Shown here piece by piece: positions 1-7,489 of a stretch of DNA of 34,645 nt (positions within the stretch are counted from its first letter, which is position 1; every line of letters starts with the position of its first letter). Below the pieces are notes generated by a model that worked only from the letters and a program-made list of their open reading frames with translations, was not told the DNA's origin and searched no databases. The translations under genes and the position numbers were made by a program. Source of the DNA: Candidatus Nanohaloarchaea archaeon (GTDB taxonomy: Archaea > EX4484-52 > GLR71); the NCBI GenBank assembly GCA_030594675.1, contig JAUVES010000002.1:1-34645 (forward strand), written 5' to 3'.

Positions 1-560
1 GGAAATGGCGGTCCTGGATTTGTACCCGAGTTTACAGGATTTGCACCCCAGGACAATATATATTTAGGGGCTATTTTGCCAAAAAAATCACAAAAAGTCA
101 CACTCCCGTATGTTAAAGTTTCTGCTTTTTCTCTAGGCATATAGCAAATTGCATGATGCCCCTCAACATTAGAGCTACCGTATTCATGAGCTAATTCGAC
201 CACAAAAGGACCAAAATGATCTAAAGTACCCATCATAAAAGCAACTGTATGGGCGCCATAATTTTTTTTGGTGTTCTCCAACGACTTAGCCACCAATTCA
301 ATAGCAGAATCCCACGAAATTTCCTTCCATTTTCCACTACCTCTTTTTCCAACTCTTTGTAATGGTCTTTTCAGACGTTTTTTATTATACACATGTTCTA
401 AACTCGCACGACCTTTAGGGCATAAAGCACCCTTGTTTAACGGCGATTTAGGGTCGCCTTTAATTTCTATTATTTTACCATCCTTAATACTAACCAGAAC
501 ACCACAGCCTCCATGGCACATACCGCAAGTACTTTTGAAAACTTTGATATTTTTTGTCAT
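1..560 (-). CDS. Molybdopterin (Mo/W-bis-PGD) oxidoreductase, N-terminal part; gene continues past position 1
   Basis: Absent from the ORF track because it is truncated. My reverse-strand translation from ATG 560-558 reads MTKNIKVFKSTCGMCHGGCGVLVSIKDGKIIEIKGDPKSPLNKGALCPKGRASLEHVYNKKRLKRPLQRVGKRGSGKWKEISWDSAIELVAKSLENTKKNYGAHTVAFMMG... This shows the CxxCxxxC...C 4Fe-4S motif and N-terminal fold signature of the DMSO reductase/formate dehydrogenase superfamily. There is no twin-arginine leader. Substrate unknown. Confidence 0.8.
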   Translation of the reverse strand, partial: MTKNIKVFKSTCGMCHGGCGVLVSIKDGKIIEIKGDPKSPLNKGALCPKGRASLEHVYNKKRLKRPLQRVGKRGSGKWKEISWDSAIELVAKSLENTKKNYGAHTVAFMMGTLDHFGPFVVELAHEYGSSNVEGHHAICYMPREKAETLTYGSVTFCDFFGKIAPKYILSWGANPVNSGTNPGPPF

Positions 561-582
561 AATGGGACCGGCAAATGTTTCG

Positions 583-1236
583 TTAATTTTGCTTAATAGT
601 AAATATGCTTTTAGCATTTTTTAAATCGGTGAGAGTATTTATATTAAAGAAGTCCAAAGAATTATCGAAAGACACAATAGTTGCATGGCTGTTCTCGATG
701 ATTTGCCTCATACTTTGATTAACTGCGCATCCTTTAAAAACATTCTTTTCATACACGGCACAGAAAGGCTGAAAACGACTAGAAAAGGGCACAACACAAT
801 TATATTTTTTTGAATAGTTAATTAATCTTATTATTATTTTTTCTGTAATAAAAGGCATATCACAAGCTATAAGAAAAAAACGATTATTTTTTATATGAAT
901 AATGCCTTTTTTTATACCTGTTGCCGGAGAAAATTCGTTTTCATTGTCAGCTATTATTTTTTCAATTGATGTTAATTCTCTAATATTTTTTACTTGTTGA
1001 TTATTTTTAACAACAATCACAACATCTTCAAAAATATTTTTTACGACATCCAAAACATAACTTACTATGGGGCGTCCATTTAATATACGAAAAGGTTTGT
1101 CTTGAAGACGTTCTGATTTTCCGCCCGCAAGAAGTATGCAACTAATATCGCTACAATATTTTTTATGTTTTTGTTCCACCACAACATATGTTTTGTTAAA
1201 AAACTTAAATAATTGCTGTATCGTTAAAATAACCAC
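583..1236 (-). CDS. mobA: MobA-like molybdenum cofactor nucleotidyltransferase
   Basis: ILLAGGKSERL nucleotide-binding motif near the N-terminus and IACDMPFI motif, both typical of MobA/MocA-type NTP transferases. It lies 22 nt upstream of the Mo oxidoreductase gene on the same strand. The ORF-track start at 1236 is GTG and gives an unusually long N-terminal extension; in-frame GTG codons near 1182/1179 are alternative starts. Confidence 0.6.
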   Translation of the reverse strand: MVILTIQQLFKFFNKTYVVVEQKHKKYCSDISCILLAGGKSERLQDKPFRILNGRPIVSYVLDVVKNIFEDVVIVVKNNQQVKNIRELTSIEKIIADNENEFSPATGIKKGIIHIKNNRFFLIACDMPFITEKIIIRLINYSKKYNCVVPFSSRFQPFCAVYEKNVFKGCAVNQSMRQIIENSHATIVSFDNSLDFFNINTLTDLKNAKSIFTIKQN

Positions 1237-1294
1237 TTGTCCGCATTAAACCCATACCAAAAAACATATAATAATCAACATACAAATAAAACCC

Positions 1295-1852
1295 ATGCAA
1301 AAAATAAGGGGCTTTGTTTATTTTGAGGGAAAGAATATAGGGGATGTTAAATCCGCTTTTAAGGATTTTACATTTGATGACACAGAACTTGCCTTTTTCA
1401 GCTCGCTTTTAAGGTACGGGCATGAAATTTCATCGCCGGGAGTTTTTATCACAGGAAATGTTGGTGATTCTCATTCGTCAGAAGATATCATAAACAGTCT
1501 AAGAAAACAAATGGATCTTAAAGAAGAATTAAAGGGCTGTGATGTTTCTATTGAATCTGAAGATACTTTAAAATCACTGACCCACGGCGCGCTTAAAGGC
1601 AATTACATCGGAATCAGGATAAGACCGCCTTATGGATTGGATAAAATTTATAATCTGACCTCAAACATTGGCAAGTTGATTAATGCGCATGATATCTTCG
1701 TAAGAACTGTTGAACTGGAAGAAGTAAAACCTATTGTTTGCATTGATTTGATTACAGAAGCCGGGTTTGAAGAAAAAAGAAAAGATGTAGAAGATATTCT
1801 TTCTTCTGAAGGACTAATTTTGGGTAAATACACACGATTTTCTTTTTTATAA
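1295..1852 (+). CDS. Hypothetical protein (185 aa)
   Basis: ATG-initiated ORF with normal composition. It is convergent with the radical SAM cluster and followed by a T-rich spacer (1853-1900). I recognise no motif. Confidence 0.5.
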   Translation: MQKIRGFVYFEGKNIGDVKSAFKDFTFDDTELAFFSSLLRYGHEISSPGVFITGNVGDSHSSEDIINSLRKQMDLKEELKGCDVSIESEDTLKSLTHGALKGNYIGIRIRPPYGLDKIYNLTSNIGKLINAHDIFVRTVELEEVKPIVCIDLITEAGFEEKRKDVEDILSSEGLILGKYTRFSFL

Positions 1853-1900
1853 TTTTTTGATTTTTACGAAATTAAAAATAGTATTTTTAAAACATGTACG

Positions 1901-3109
1901 TCATAAATATCTGTTTTTTAGTTCCAGAAGCATATCCCCCGTATAGTTTTTTATATATTCATCCACAAAATCGAGCATTTTTTTGGTTTCGCAGTAATCA
2001 AAACTATTTGCATAATTTCCGCTTAGGACCGGAGTGATGAAATTTAGTTTATTTAACGTACGATATTTTCCAAAAGTTGTTGCAACGAAATCTACTGATC
2101 TATGCACCTCTCTGTAATTGAGCGGATTTAACAGTATGTTGATTTCTACAGAGTGCCCTTTCTCAAGCAGATTTATTATTCCCTGTGTTGTTTGTTCAAA
2201 ACTGTCTTTGCATTGCGTTATTTGGTTATGGATATCCTTTTTATCTGAAAACAAACTTACTTCAAAACATATTTTTTTTGTTTTGTATTTTTCAAACTTG
2301 GCCAAAAAAGCACCAGAACAAAACATCCTCCCGTTAGTCTGTATAATAAGATTTATGTCGTGTCGTGTCATAAATACAGCATTCAACACATCAAAAAAAT
2401 TTTCAAGTATGGTTGGTTCACCTCCGGTGAACACAAGGGATTTGATGTGCTTTTTTCCAATTTTGAAAAAGAGGTATTCCGAAAGTCGCATTCCTGCATT
2501 ATCAAGAAACGGCAATATAGTGGAATTCTTCAAAATAGACTCATTTGGGCAGGTTATGCAGTTGTTGTTGCATTGCCTTGAAATGATTAAAAATTCTTCT
2601 TCAAATTTAGGCGCCCATAAATATGTGTTTTCTGGTTCTGCGCTGTTTATTATTTTTTTTAATGTTGTTAGAGTTCCGATGTTTAGTGTGTGAAAATTAT
2701 ATTTTTGGTAAAAATGCATAAAGTGATATGTATTAAACACAACACTCCATGAAAGTTCATAATGCTTAGTTTTCATCAACGCAAAAGTAAGGTATGCCCA
2801 CAAATCTATGTTTGTCGGACATCTTTCAATCATTTGTAAAAAATAATTTGCTGCAGACTCAAAATCGCCATCAATATATGCAATATGCGCCCTCAAAAAA
2901 AGCACGGTTTCAATATCATTTTCAAACCGCGAAATAAGTTTTTTTATCGCCTCATATTTTGCGTCATTCTCAAATTTTATTTTTTCAAACAGATTAAAAA
3001 GGTGCACGGTAATTGATTTGTCAAACGAAATATCATTAAACTGGTATTTTGGCTCGAAGGCAAATTGATTTTTTAATAATTCAGTTACATTGTTTATATT
3101 AATCACCAA
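1901..3109 (-). CDS. Radical SAM protein with TPR-like N-terminal domain (HxsC-like; no auxiliary-cluster domain)
   Basis: CNNNCITC (CxxxCxxC) at about residue 180, VFTGGEPT SAM-binding motif, and HNQITQCKDSFEQTTQGIINLLEKG, which is paralogous to the 5900-6898 protein. The N-terminal ~150 aa are helical-repeat-like. The start is TTG (3109) or GTG (3106) and overlaps the upstream stop. Confidence 0.8.
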   Translation of the reverse strand: MVININNVTELLKNQFAFEPKYQFNDISFDKSITVHLFNLFEKIKFENDAKYEAIKKLISRFENDIETVLFLRAHIAYIDGDFESAANYFLQMIERCPTNIDLWAYLTFALMKTKHYELSWSVVFNTYHFMHFYQKYNFHTLNIGTLTTLKKIINSAEPENTYLWAPKFEEEFLIISRQCNNNCITCPNESILKNSTILPFLDNAGMRLSEYLFFKIGKKHIKSLVFTGGEPTILENFFDVLNAVFMTRHDINLIIQTNGRMFCSGAFLAKFEKYKTKKICFEVSLFSDKKDIHNQITQCKDSFEQTTQGIINLLEKGHSVEINILLNPLNYREVHRSVDFVATTFGKYRTLNKLNFITPVLSGNYANSFDYCETKKMLDFVDEYIKNYTGDMLLELKNRYL

Positions 3110-4076
3110 AAGATATCATAAACCCCGTTTCCGGTCTTTCCTTTTTAATTTCGCTTAGTATTTTGCTTCGTGAATAAATAATAATTCTTTCGTCTGTCAC
3201 TTTTAGTCGATTCCCTTTTTTAAATAACTCAATATATTTAGCAGGATACAAAGCATAATCCAAAAAATAGCAGTTGTTGTAATTAAGTTCATTTCCGTTT
3301 ACCTGCCCTTCGAAGCCGTAAATATCTCTTTCTTTGAACACAATAAATATTTTCTTCGTGCATTTGTCTATAATTTGTCCATATTTCGGGTCTTTGAGAT
3401 ATATGAACTCTCTTAACATCGATGCCAAATTAGCTGTGTTTTTACAATCAAAACTGCAGGGAATATGATATGCGTAACTATGACTGTCTTTTGTAAGCGT
3501 GTTACACATAAAATTCGGTTTTTTGGTGTTTTTAAAAGGAAGAAACAACGTATTTGCATATTTGTTATGATCATTATACTTCCAAAAAAAATCTATACAA
3601 CATTTCGGATACCCTAAAAATTCGCCAAATTTATAGTGGTCGTATCTTGTTTTTGGTATTACTCTGCCATTTATCGCAAGTGGATACCAACCGAAACCTC
3701 TTCCATCAAGAAGGGTTTTTTTTGTTTTTGAGACAAAAACATGAACAATGCCCAGATAATTTGAACCAATAGGGGCGCAAAATTTTTTTGTTGTAGTCAT
3801 GTATTTCTTGCCGATGGTTTTCTCAGTATCCAAAAAAGGCATATCGATGAAAAGAGATTCCTTGCTTACGAAAAGCCCGTATTTTTTGCATGCTTTCTCA
3901 AATAAATTCATTCGCTCAACAGGTACCCAATCATCAAGTAGTGGCTTTAGGTCTGCAAGCACTGCGTGATATGAAAAAAGTGTTAAATCGCTTTCCTTGG
4001 CAACAACTATTTCACGCAGATAATTTTTAGGCATGTATGTGTTTGGAACTCCATCAGGAACAGTTATTTCTTTCAT
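3099..4076 (-). CDS. Hypothetical Cys-motif protein (325 aa)
   Basis: ATG start, tightly packed between two radical SAM genes. Conserved-looking motifs are GYPKCCIDFF and HIPCSFDCKNT, a possible metal site. I cannot assign a family with certainty. Confidence 0.6.
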   Translation of the reverse strand: MKEITVPDGVPNTYMPKNYLREIVVAKESDLTLFSYHAVLADLKPLLDDWVPVERMNLFEKACKKYGLFVSKESLFIDMPFLDTEKTIGKKYMTTTKKFCAPIGSNYLGIVHVFVSKTKKTLLDGRGFGWYPLAINGRVIPKTRYDHYKFGEFLGYPKCCIDFFWKYNDHNKYANTLFLPFKNTKKPNFMCNTLTKDSHSYAYHIPCSFDCKNTANLASMLREFIYLKDPKYGQIIDKCTKKIFIVFKERDIYGFEGQVNGNELNYNNCYFLDYALYPAKYIELFKKGNRLKVTDERIIIYSRSKILSEIKKERPETGFMISFGD

Positions 4077-4106
4077 AAGAATTATAATTACCCCACCACC
4101 ACTAAT

Positions 4107-5594
4107 TCATTGGCATTTTTCTTTTGTCGCGCAAGATACGCACTCCTTATCCCCGACAGCCCAGCCGCGCACAATGCCCCATTTCTCTTTATCATCCATA
4201 AGCTCATTGAAGATGTAATCAAAAACACCTTTTTTGATTTGGCAATTAAATGAATTCGGTTTCTTTATTATGTTTCCATGCTCACCGTACTCATCTACAA
4301 TGCACGGTCCACAAAAAGGATGATATACGCATTCGGCACAATCAAACGACTGTCCTGTTGTAAGGTCTACAATATCCAAAACATCCCATGAAGAATAAAG
4401 TTCCTCGTATGTTGTCTCTTTTACATTTCCAATCCTGAATGCCTCAAAACTTCTTGCTTCATCGCAGGTATATATGTCTCCTTTGTAATTGTACGCTACC
4501 TGCGACCATGCGCAACCGCAGGGAGATGCAAGGCAGACAAAACCCTGGTATTTTTTGGAAAAAATTATATTTTTCAAAAATATGCTTATTGCCCCCTCGT
4601 GTATATCAATACCTTTTTTATTTAGCTCAATTAGATAGTCAAGGCATTTTTTCCAGAACTCAAGATACTCTTCTGGTGTGTATCCTATTTCATTCCATAC
4701 ATTTGTTGCAAATCCGCCGACATTCATCCTTCTCGCCCAGAAACTTTTCTGTCCCAAACGCACATATTCGTCAATGAGTTCCTTAAAGAAAGGAAGTGTG
4801 TGGCGCGTGATTGTAGGCATAAGAGATATTGTTATTCCTTTTTGTTTTAGTTTTTCAATCCAAAAAAGAACCTCTTTGTGAGTGCCTTTACCGCCATCAT
4901 ATTTCCTATTTTTATTGTGTACGCCTTTAGGGCCATCAAAAGATGAGTTAAGAGCAATCTTGTTTTCAACAAGCCACGAAAGCTTATCTTTATCCATCAG
5001 CGTAAGATTAGACACAAGCCGGAAATCGACTTCTTTTTTCATTTCTTTTGCCTTTGTTTTTGCATATTCGACAATGAATTTTACAATAGGAAAGTTCAAA
5101 AGCGGCTCCCCTCCCTGGAATTCAATGCATATTTTATTTGAAGGCGCCTGAAACATAAAATCAACAACTGCCTTGGCAGTGTCCTTTGTCATGTCATATT
5201 TTTTGTCGTTTTCAGGCTTTGATGCAGCATAACAATACACGCACTTGTGGTTGCACCGAAGCGTTGGGGTAACTATATGTAATGTTGTTGCAGAAAAAAG
5301 CTGGGCGTGTTTGTTTTTTAACTGTGCTGTTGCGGCAGAGATATTGGTTTCAGAAAGAATTATTCCCTCGCTTAAAAGAAGAGAGTAAAGTTCCGGGTCT
5401 TTTTCTACCCCTCCCTGGCGCAGCAGACGAAATTCGTCTTCATCTAAAATCGCCCATCCGCCGTGTAGTGTTGTCACAAGAATTTTTCCATTTAAGAGCG
5501 TCTTATAATTGTAATTTCCAATCACATATTTATCCATATCTAAAGAATATGTTTTTCCCATAAAATCACTATTTTGACACGCTGACTTCCTCAT
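4107..5594 (-). CDS. Radical SAM/SPASM-domain maturase (HxsB / anaerobic sulfatase maturase-like)
   Basis: CNHKCVYC radical SAM motif and FQGGEPLL. The C-terminal SPASM pattern is C-x10-G-x4-C (CAWSQVAYNYKGDIYTC) followed by CAECVYHPFCGPC. The alternative ATG at 5561 would remove the overlap with the upstream gene. Confidence 0.85.
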   Translation of the reverse strand: MRKSACQNSDFMGKTYSLDMDKYVIGNYNYKTLLNGKILVTTLHGGWAILDEDEFRLLRQGGVEKDPELYSLLLSEGIILSETNISAATAQLKNKHAQLFSATTLHIVTPTLRCNHKCVYCYAASKPENDKKYDMTKDTAKAVVDFMFQAPSNKICIEFQGGEPLLNFPIVKFIVEYAKTKAKEMKKEVDFRLVSNLTLMDKDKLSWLVENKIALNSSFDGPKGVHNKNRKYDGGKGTHKEVLFWIEKLKQKGITISLMPTITRHTLPFFKELIDEYVRLGQKSFWARRMNVGGFATNVWNEIGYTPEEYLEFWKKCLDYLIELNKKGIDIHEGAISIFLKNIIFSKKYQGFVCLASPCGCAWSQVAYNYKGDIYTCDEARSFEAFRIGNVKETTYEELYSSWDVLDIVDLTTGQSFDCAECVYHPFCGPCIVDEYGEHGNIIKKPNSFNCQIKKGVFDYIFNELMDDKEKWGIVRGWAVGDKECVSCATKEKCQ

Positions 5595-5826
5595 GTATTG
5601 TATGATTTAAAAATTCCAAAAGTATTTCTTTAAATTCATCCCGGCTAATTTCTATCTTCGGTTTAAAATAAACATTAATCTGCTTTTTATCTCTTGAAAA
5701 TTCTACAGTCATCTTGAACATGTGCTGGAATCTTTCGCAAACTTCAGATAGGGAATACATGCTATAGAATTCTGAGTTAAAATTTATTTTTGCGCTGTCA
5801 TTTATGAATTGAATAGGCAATGCCAT
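5569..5826 (-). CDS. HxsD-like small protein (85 aa)
   Basis: Small ORF with ATG start and a GAGGT Shine-Dalgarno 8 nt upstream. It is paralogous to 6895-7389 (INFNSEFYSM vs IKINSTVYPM; VYFKPK vs VTLKPK). The C-terminal EFLNHTIHEE resembles the LLNDYxLRE signature I remember for HxsD. It directly precedes the SPASM enzyme. Confidence 0.5.
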   Translation of the reverse strand: MALPIQFINDSAKINFNSEFYSMYSLSEVCERFQHMFKMTVEFSRDKKQINVYFKPKIEISRDEFKEILLEFLNHTIHEEVSVSK

Positions 5827-5899
5827 TGAAATACCTCTGTCTGTCTGAAACTATTGTTTACCGTACTTTTATAAATAATGGTGTGAATGAATTGTAAAC

Positions 5900-6898
5900 T
5901 CACGAACCAATTGCGACAATAGATTTTATTTTCTTTCCTGCAACTGGCTTGAATTCTTTGCCGCCGTAAAGCTCGATATATTCGCGCCAAACTCCTTCGC
6001 AAACATAAAAATATCTGCACTCCTTGCATTGTGGAGGCTTGGATTTTATCCTTAGCCGCTCTTCCTGCCAGTTCATTGCCGGGTCGTCAACCTGCCTAAG
6101 TTCTGTTGTGGTGCCATCCATATAGTGCTCGAGGAAGTTGATTTCAGAAGCACAATTTTCAAAACATTTAAGAAAACAAAACGGAATCGCTTCGAACGAG
6201 ACATTTATTCCTTTATCTTTGCCAAAAGAGGCGGCATCAACCACATAAGGATGTATTTCTGTGTATTTTGGGACTAGGTCAAACCAGTATTTTCTTGCGT
6301 TGCCCATGCCATGAGGAAATGCTATGTCAACACCATTTACACCCAAATTGTAAGCCAATTCAACTATTTTTTCCAAATCCTTGAAATTAAGGCGCGATAT
6401 TACAACCTTAAAATTCACGCTTTTAGCACCGCAATCAATGAGATTCTTTATTCCTGCAACTGTCTGTTCAAAAGAGCCTTTGACCCGTGTGATTTTATCG
6501 TGCGCATCTTTTCTGTTGGAATGAAGGGCAACTTCAAAATGCATGTTGGGGACAATCTCAAGAGTCTTTCCTGCAAAGTCTTTTACACAGAAAGACCTTC
6601 CGTTTGTCTGAAGACCAACATTCATGCCCTCTGTTTTTGCAAACTTCAAAAGCTCAAGAAAATCAGGCCGTATTGTGACTTCACCGCCTGTGAAAACAAC
6701 TGATGATGCTCCTTTTTTCTTTGCATCAAGAAGGTGCTCTTTTATTTCATCTGTTGTCCTGTCAATTGGTTTTTTTTCATTTAATATTCGCTCTTTGTGC
6801 CCTGCGATAACGCAATGGATGCAGTTGTTGTTACAGGAATATCCGAACTTTATGTCAACAGATTCTATCTTTTGCGCATCCATAGAACACAGGCTCAC
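5900..6898 (-). CDS. Radical SAM protein with C-terminal Cys-rich (SPASM/twitch-like) region (HxsC-like)
   Basis: CNNNCIHC motif near the N-terminus, VVFTGGEVT, HDKITRVKGSFEQTVAGIKNLIDCG, and C-terminal CFLKCFENC and CKECRYFYVC. The track start is GTG at 6898, forming a GTGA overlap with the upstream stop. An ATG at 6883 (MDAQKIES...) is equally plausible. Confidence 0.85.
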   Translation of the reverse strand: MSLCSMDAQKIESVDIKFGYSCNNNCIHCVIAGHKERILNEKKPIDRTTDEIKEHLLDAKKKGASSVVFTGGEVTIRPDFLELLKFAKTEGMNVGLQTNGRSFCVKDFAGKTLEIVPNMHFEVALHSNRKDAHDKITRVKGSFEQTVAGIKNLIDCGAKSVNFKVVISRLNFKDLEKIVELAYNLGVNGVDIAFPHGMGNARKYWFDLVPKYTEIHPYVVDAASFGKDKGINVSFEAIPFCFLKCFENCASEINFLEHYMDGTTTELRQVDDPAMNWQEERLRIKSKPPQCKECRYFYVCEGVWREYIELYGGKEFKPVAGKKIKSIVAIGS

Positions 6899-7389
6899 TT
6901 ATCTTCTATTTTCCCTTTCTGTTCATCCCATGGTTTTGCTATGTCTTCCATGGAAACATCACATTTTTCAACATCATCCATAATCGGGACTTTTGTGCCT
7001 ATATCGATTTTTACTTTTTCAAGCTTTTTTGACTCGAATTCCTTATCTTGATTTGTTTCTTTCTTGCCTTCGTTCGGCAGAACAGAAAAAAACGCCCGCT
7101 TCAGCATTGCCTCGCGGATGTCGCGGTTTACTTGCGCCCGTACAAAATAAGCTGCGTAATTCACAAGCTCATTTTGAAAATCGCCTGCAAGTGCCTCAAG
7201 ACCTGTGTCCTGTTCTTTGGGCTTTAATGTAACAATTATTTCTTTTTCCGGATCCCCGTCAAGAGATACATATGCCTTATCGATAAACACATCGGCTGCC
7301 TGATATATTATGCCCATTGGATAAACCGTGGAATTTATTTTAATCTCTACAGTTCCTTCTTTTATGTCAAATGAAACATTTTTTTTCAT
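6895..7389 (-). CDS. HxsD-like protein with ~65-aa charged C-terminal extension (164 aa)
   Basis: I moved the start to ATG 7389 (MKKNVSFDIK...), which has GGAGGT 8 nt upstream. The longer track ORF (to 7509) would overlap the giant gene. FQNELVNYAAYFVRAQVNRDIREAMLKRAF fits the HxsD-type C-terminal motif. The tail is PNEGKKETNQDKEFESKKLEKVKIDIGTKVPIMDDVEKCDVSMEDIAKPWDEQKGKIEDK. Confidence 0.5.
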   Translation of the reverse strand: MKKNVSFDIKEGTVEIKINSTVYPMGIIYQAADVFIDKAYVSLDGDPEKEIIVTLKPKEQDTGLEALAGDFQNELVNYAAYFVRAQVNRDIREAMLKRAFFSVLPNEGKKETNQDKEFESKKLEKVKIDIGTKVPIMDDVEKCDVSMEDIAKPWDEQKGKIEDK

Positions 7390-7424
7390 GCATATAACCT
7401 CCATAAATAAACAAGGAATGACTT

Positions 7425-7465
7425 TTAAGTTTATACATATAACTACGCCAGAAGATATATAAATC
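7425..7465 (-). promoter_or_regulatory. Putative promoter region of the radical SAM cluster
   Basis: In the 100-nt gap after the giant ORF stop, the minus strand reads ATTTATATAT (7463-7454) and TATATGTATAAA (about 7445-7430), 45-70 nt upstream of ATG 7389. Confidence 0.3.
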
Positions 7466-7489
7466 GTGCGGGAGCTTAAGAGATAGTTG

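Noticed and set aside
268-624. 118-aa plus-strand ORF from the track
   Set aside because: It lies antisense to a clearly recognisable Mo/W-bis-PGD oxidoreductase N-terminus (1-560, minus strand). Its translation is low-complexity with no motif. It is an artefact.
5802-6029. 75-aa minus-strand ORF as a possible precursor peptide of the radical SAM cluster
   Set aside because: It overlaps the 3' end of the 5900-6898 gene in another frame and the start of the HxsD-like gene. It is R/C/Q-rich out-of-frame sequence with no ribosome-binding site.
5900-6898. MoaA (molybdenum cofactor biosynthesis) assignment for the 332-aa radical SAM protein, suggested by the nearby Mo genes
   Set aside because: It is a close paralogue of the TPR-fused rSAM at 1901-3109. 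It is paired with an HxsD-like gene and sits in an operon with a SPASM maturase. Its Cys-rich C-terminus looks SPASM/twitch-like rather than MoaA-like. This cannot be fully excluded without an HMM search.
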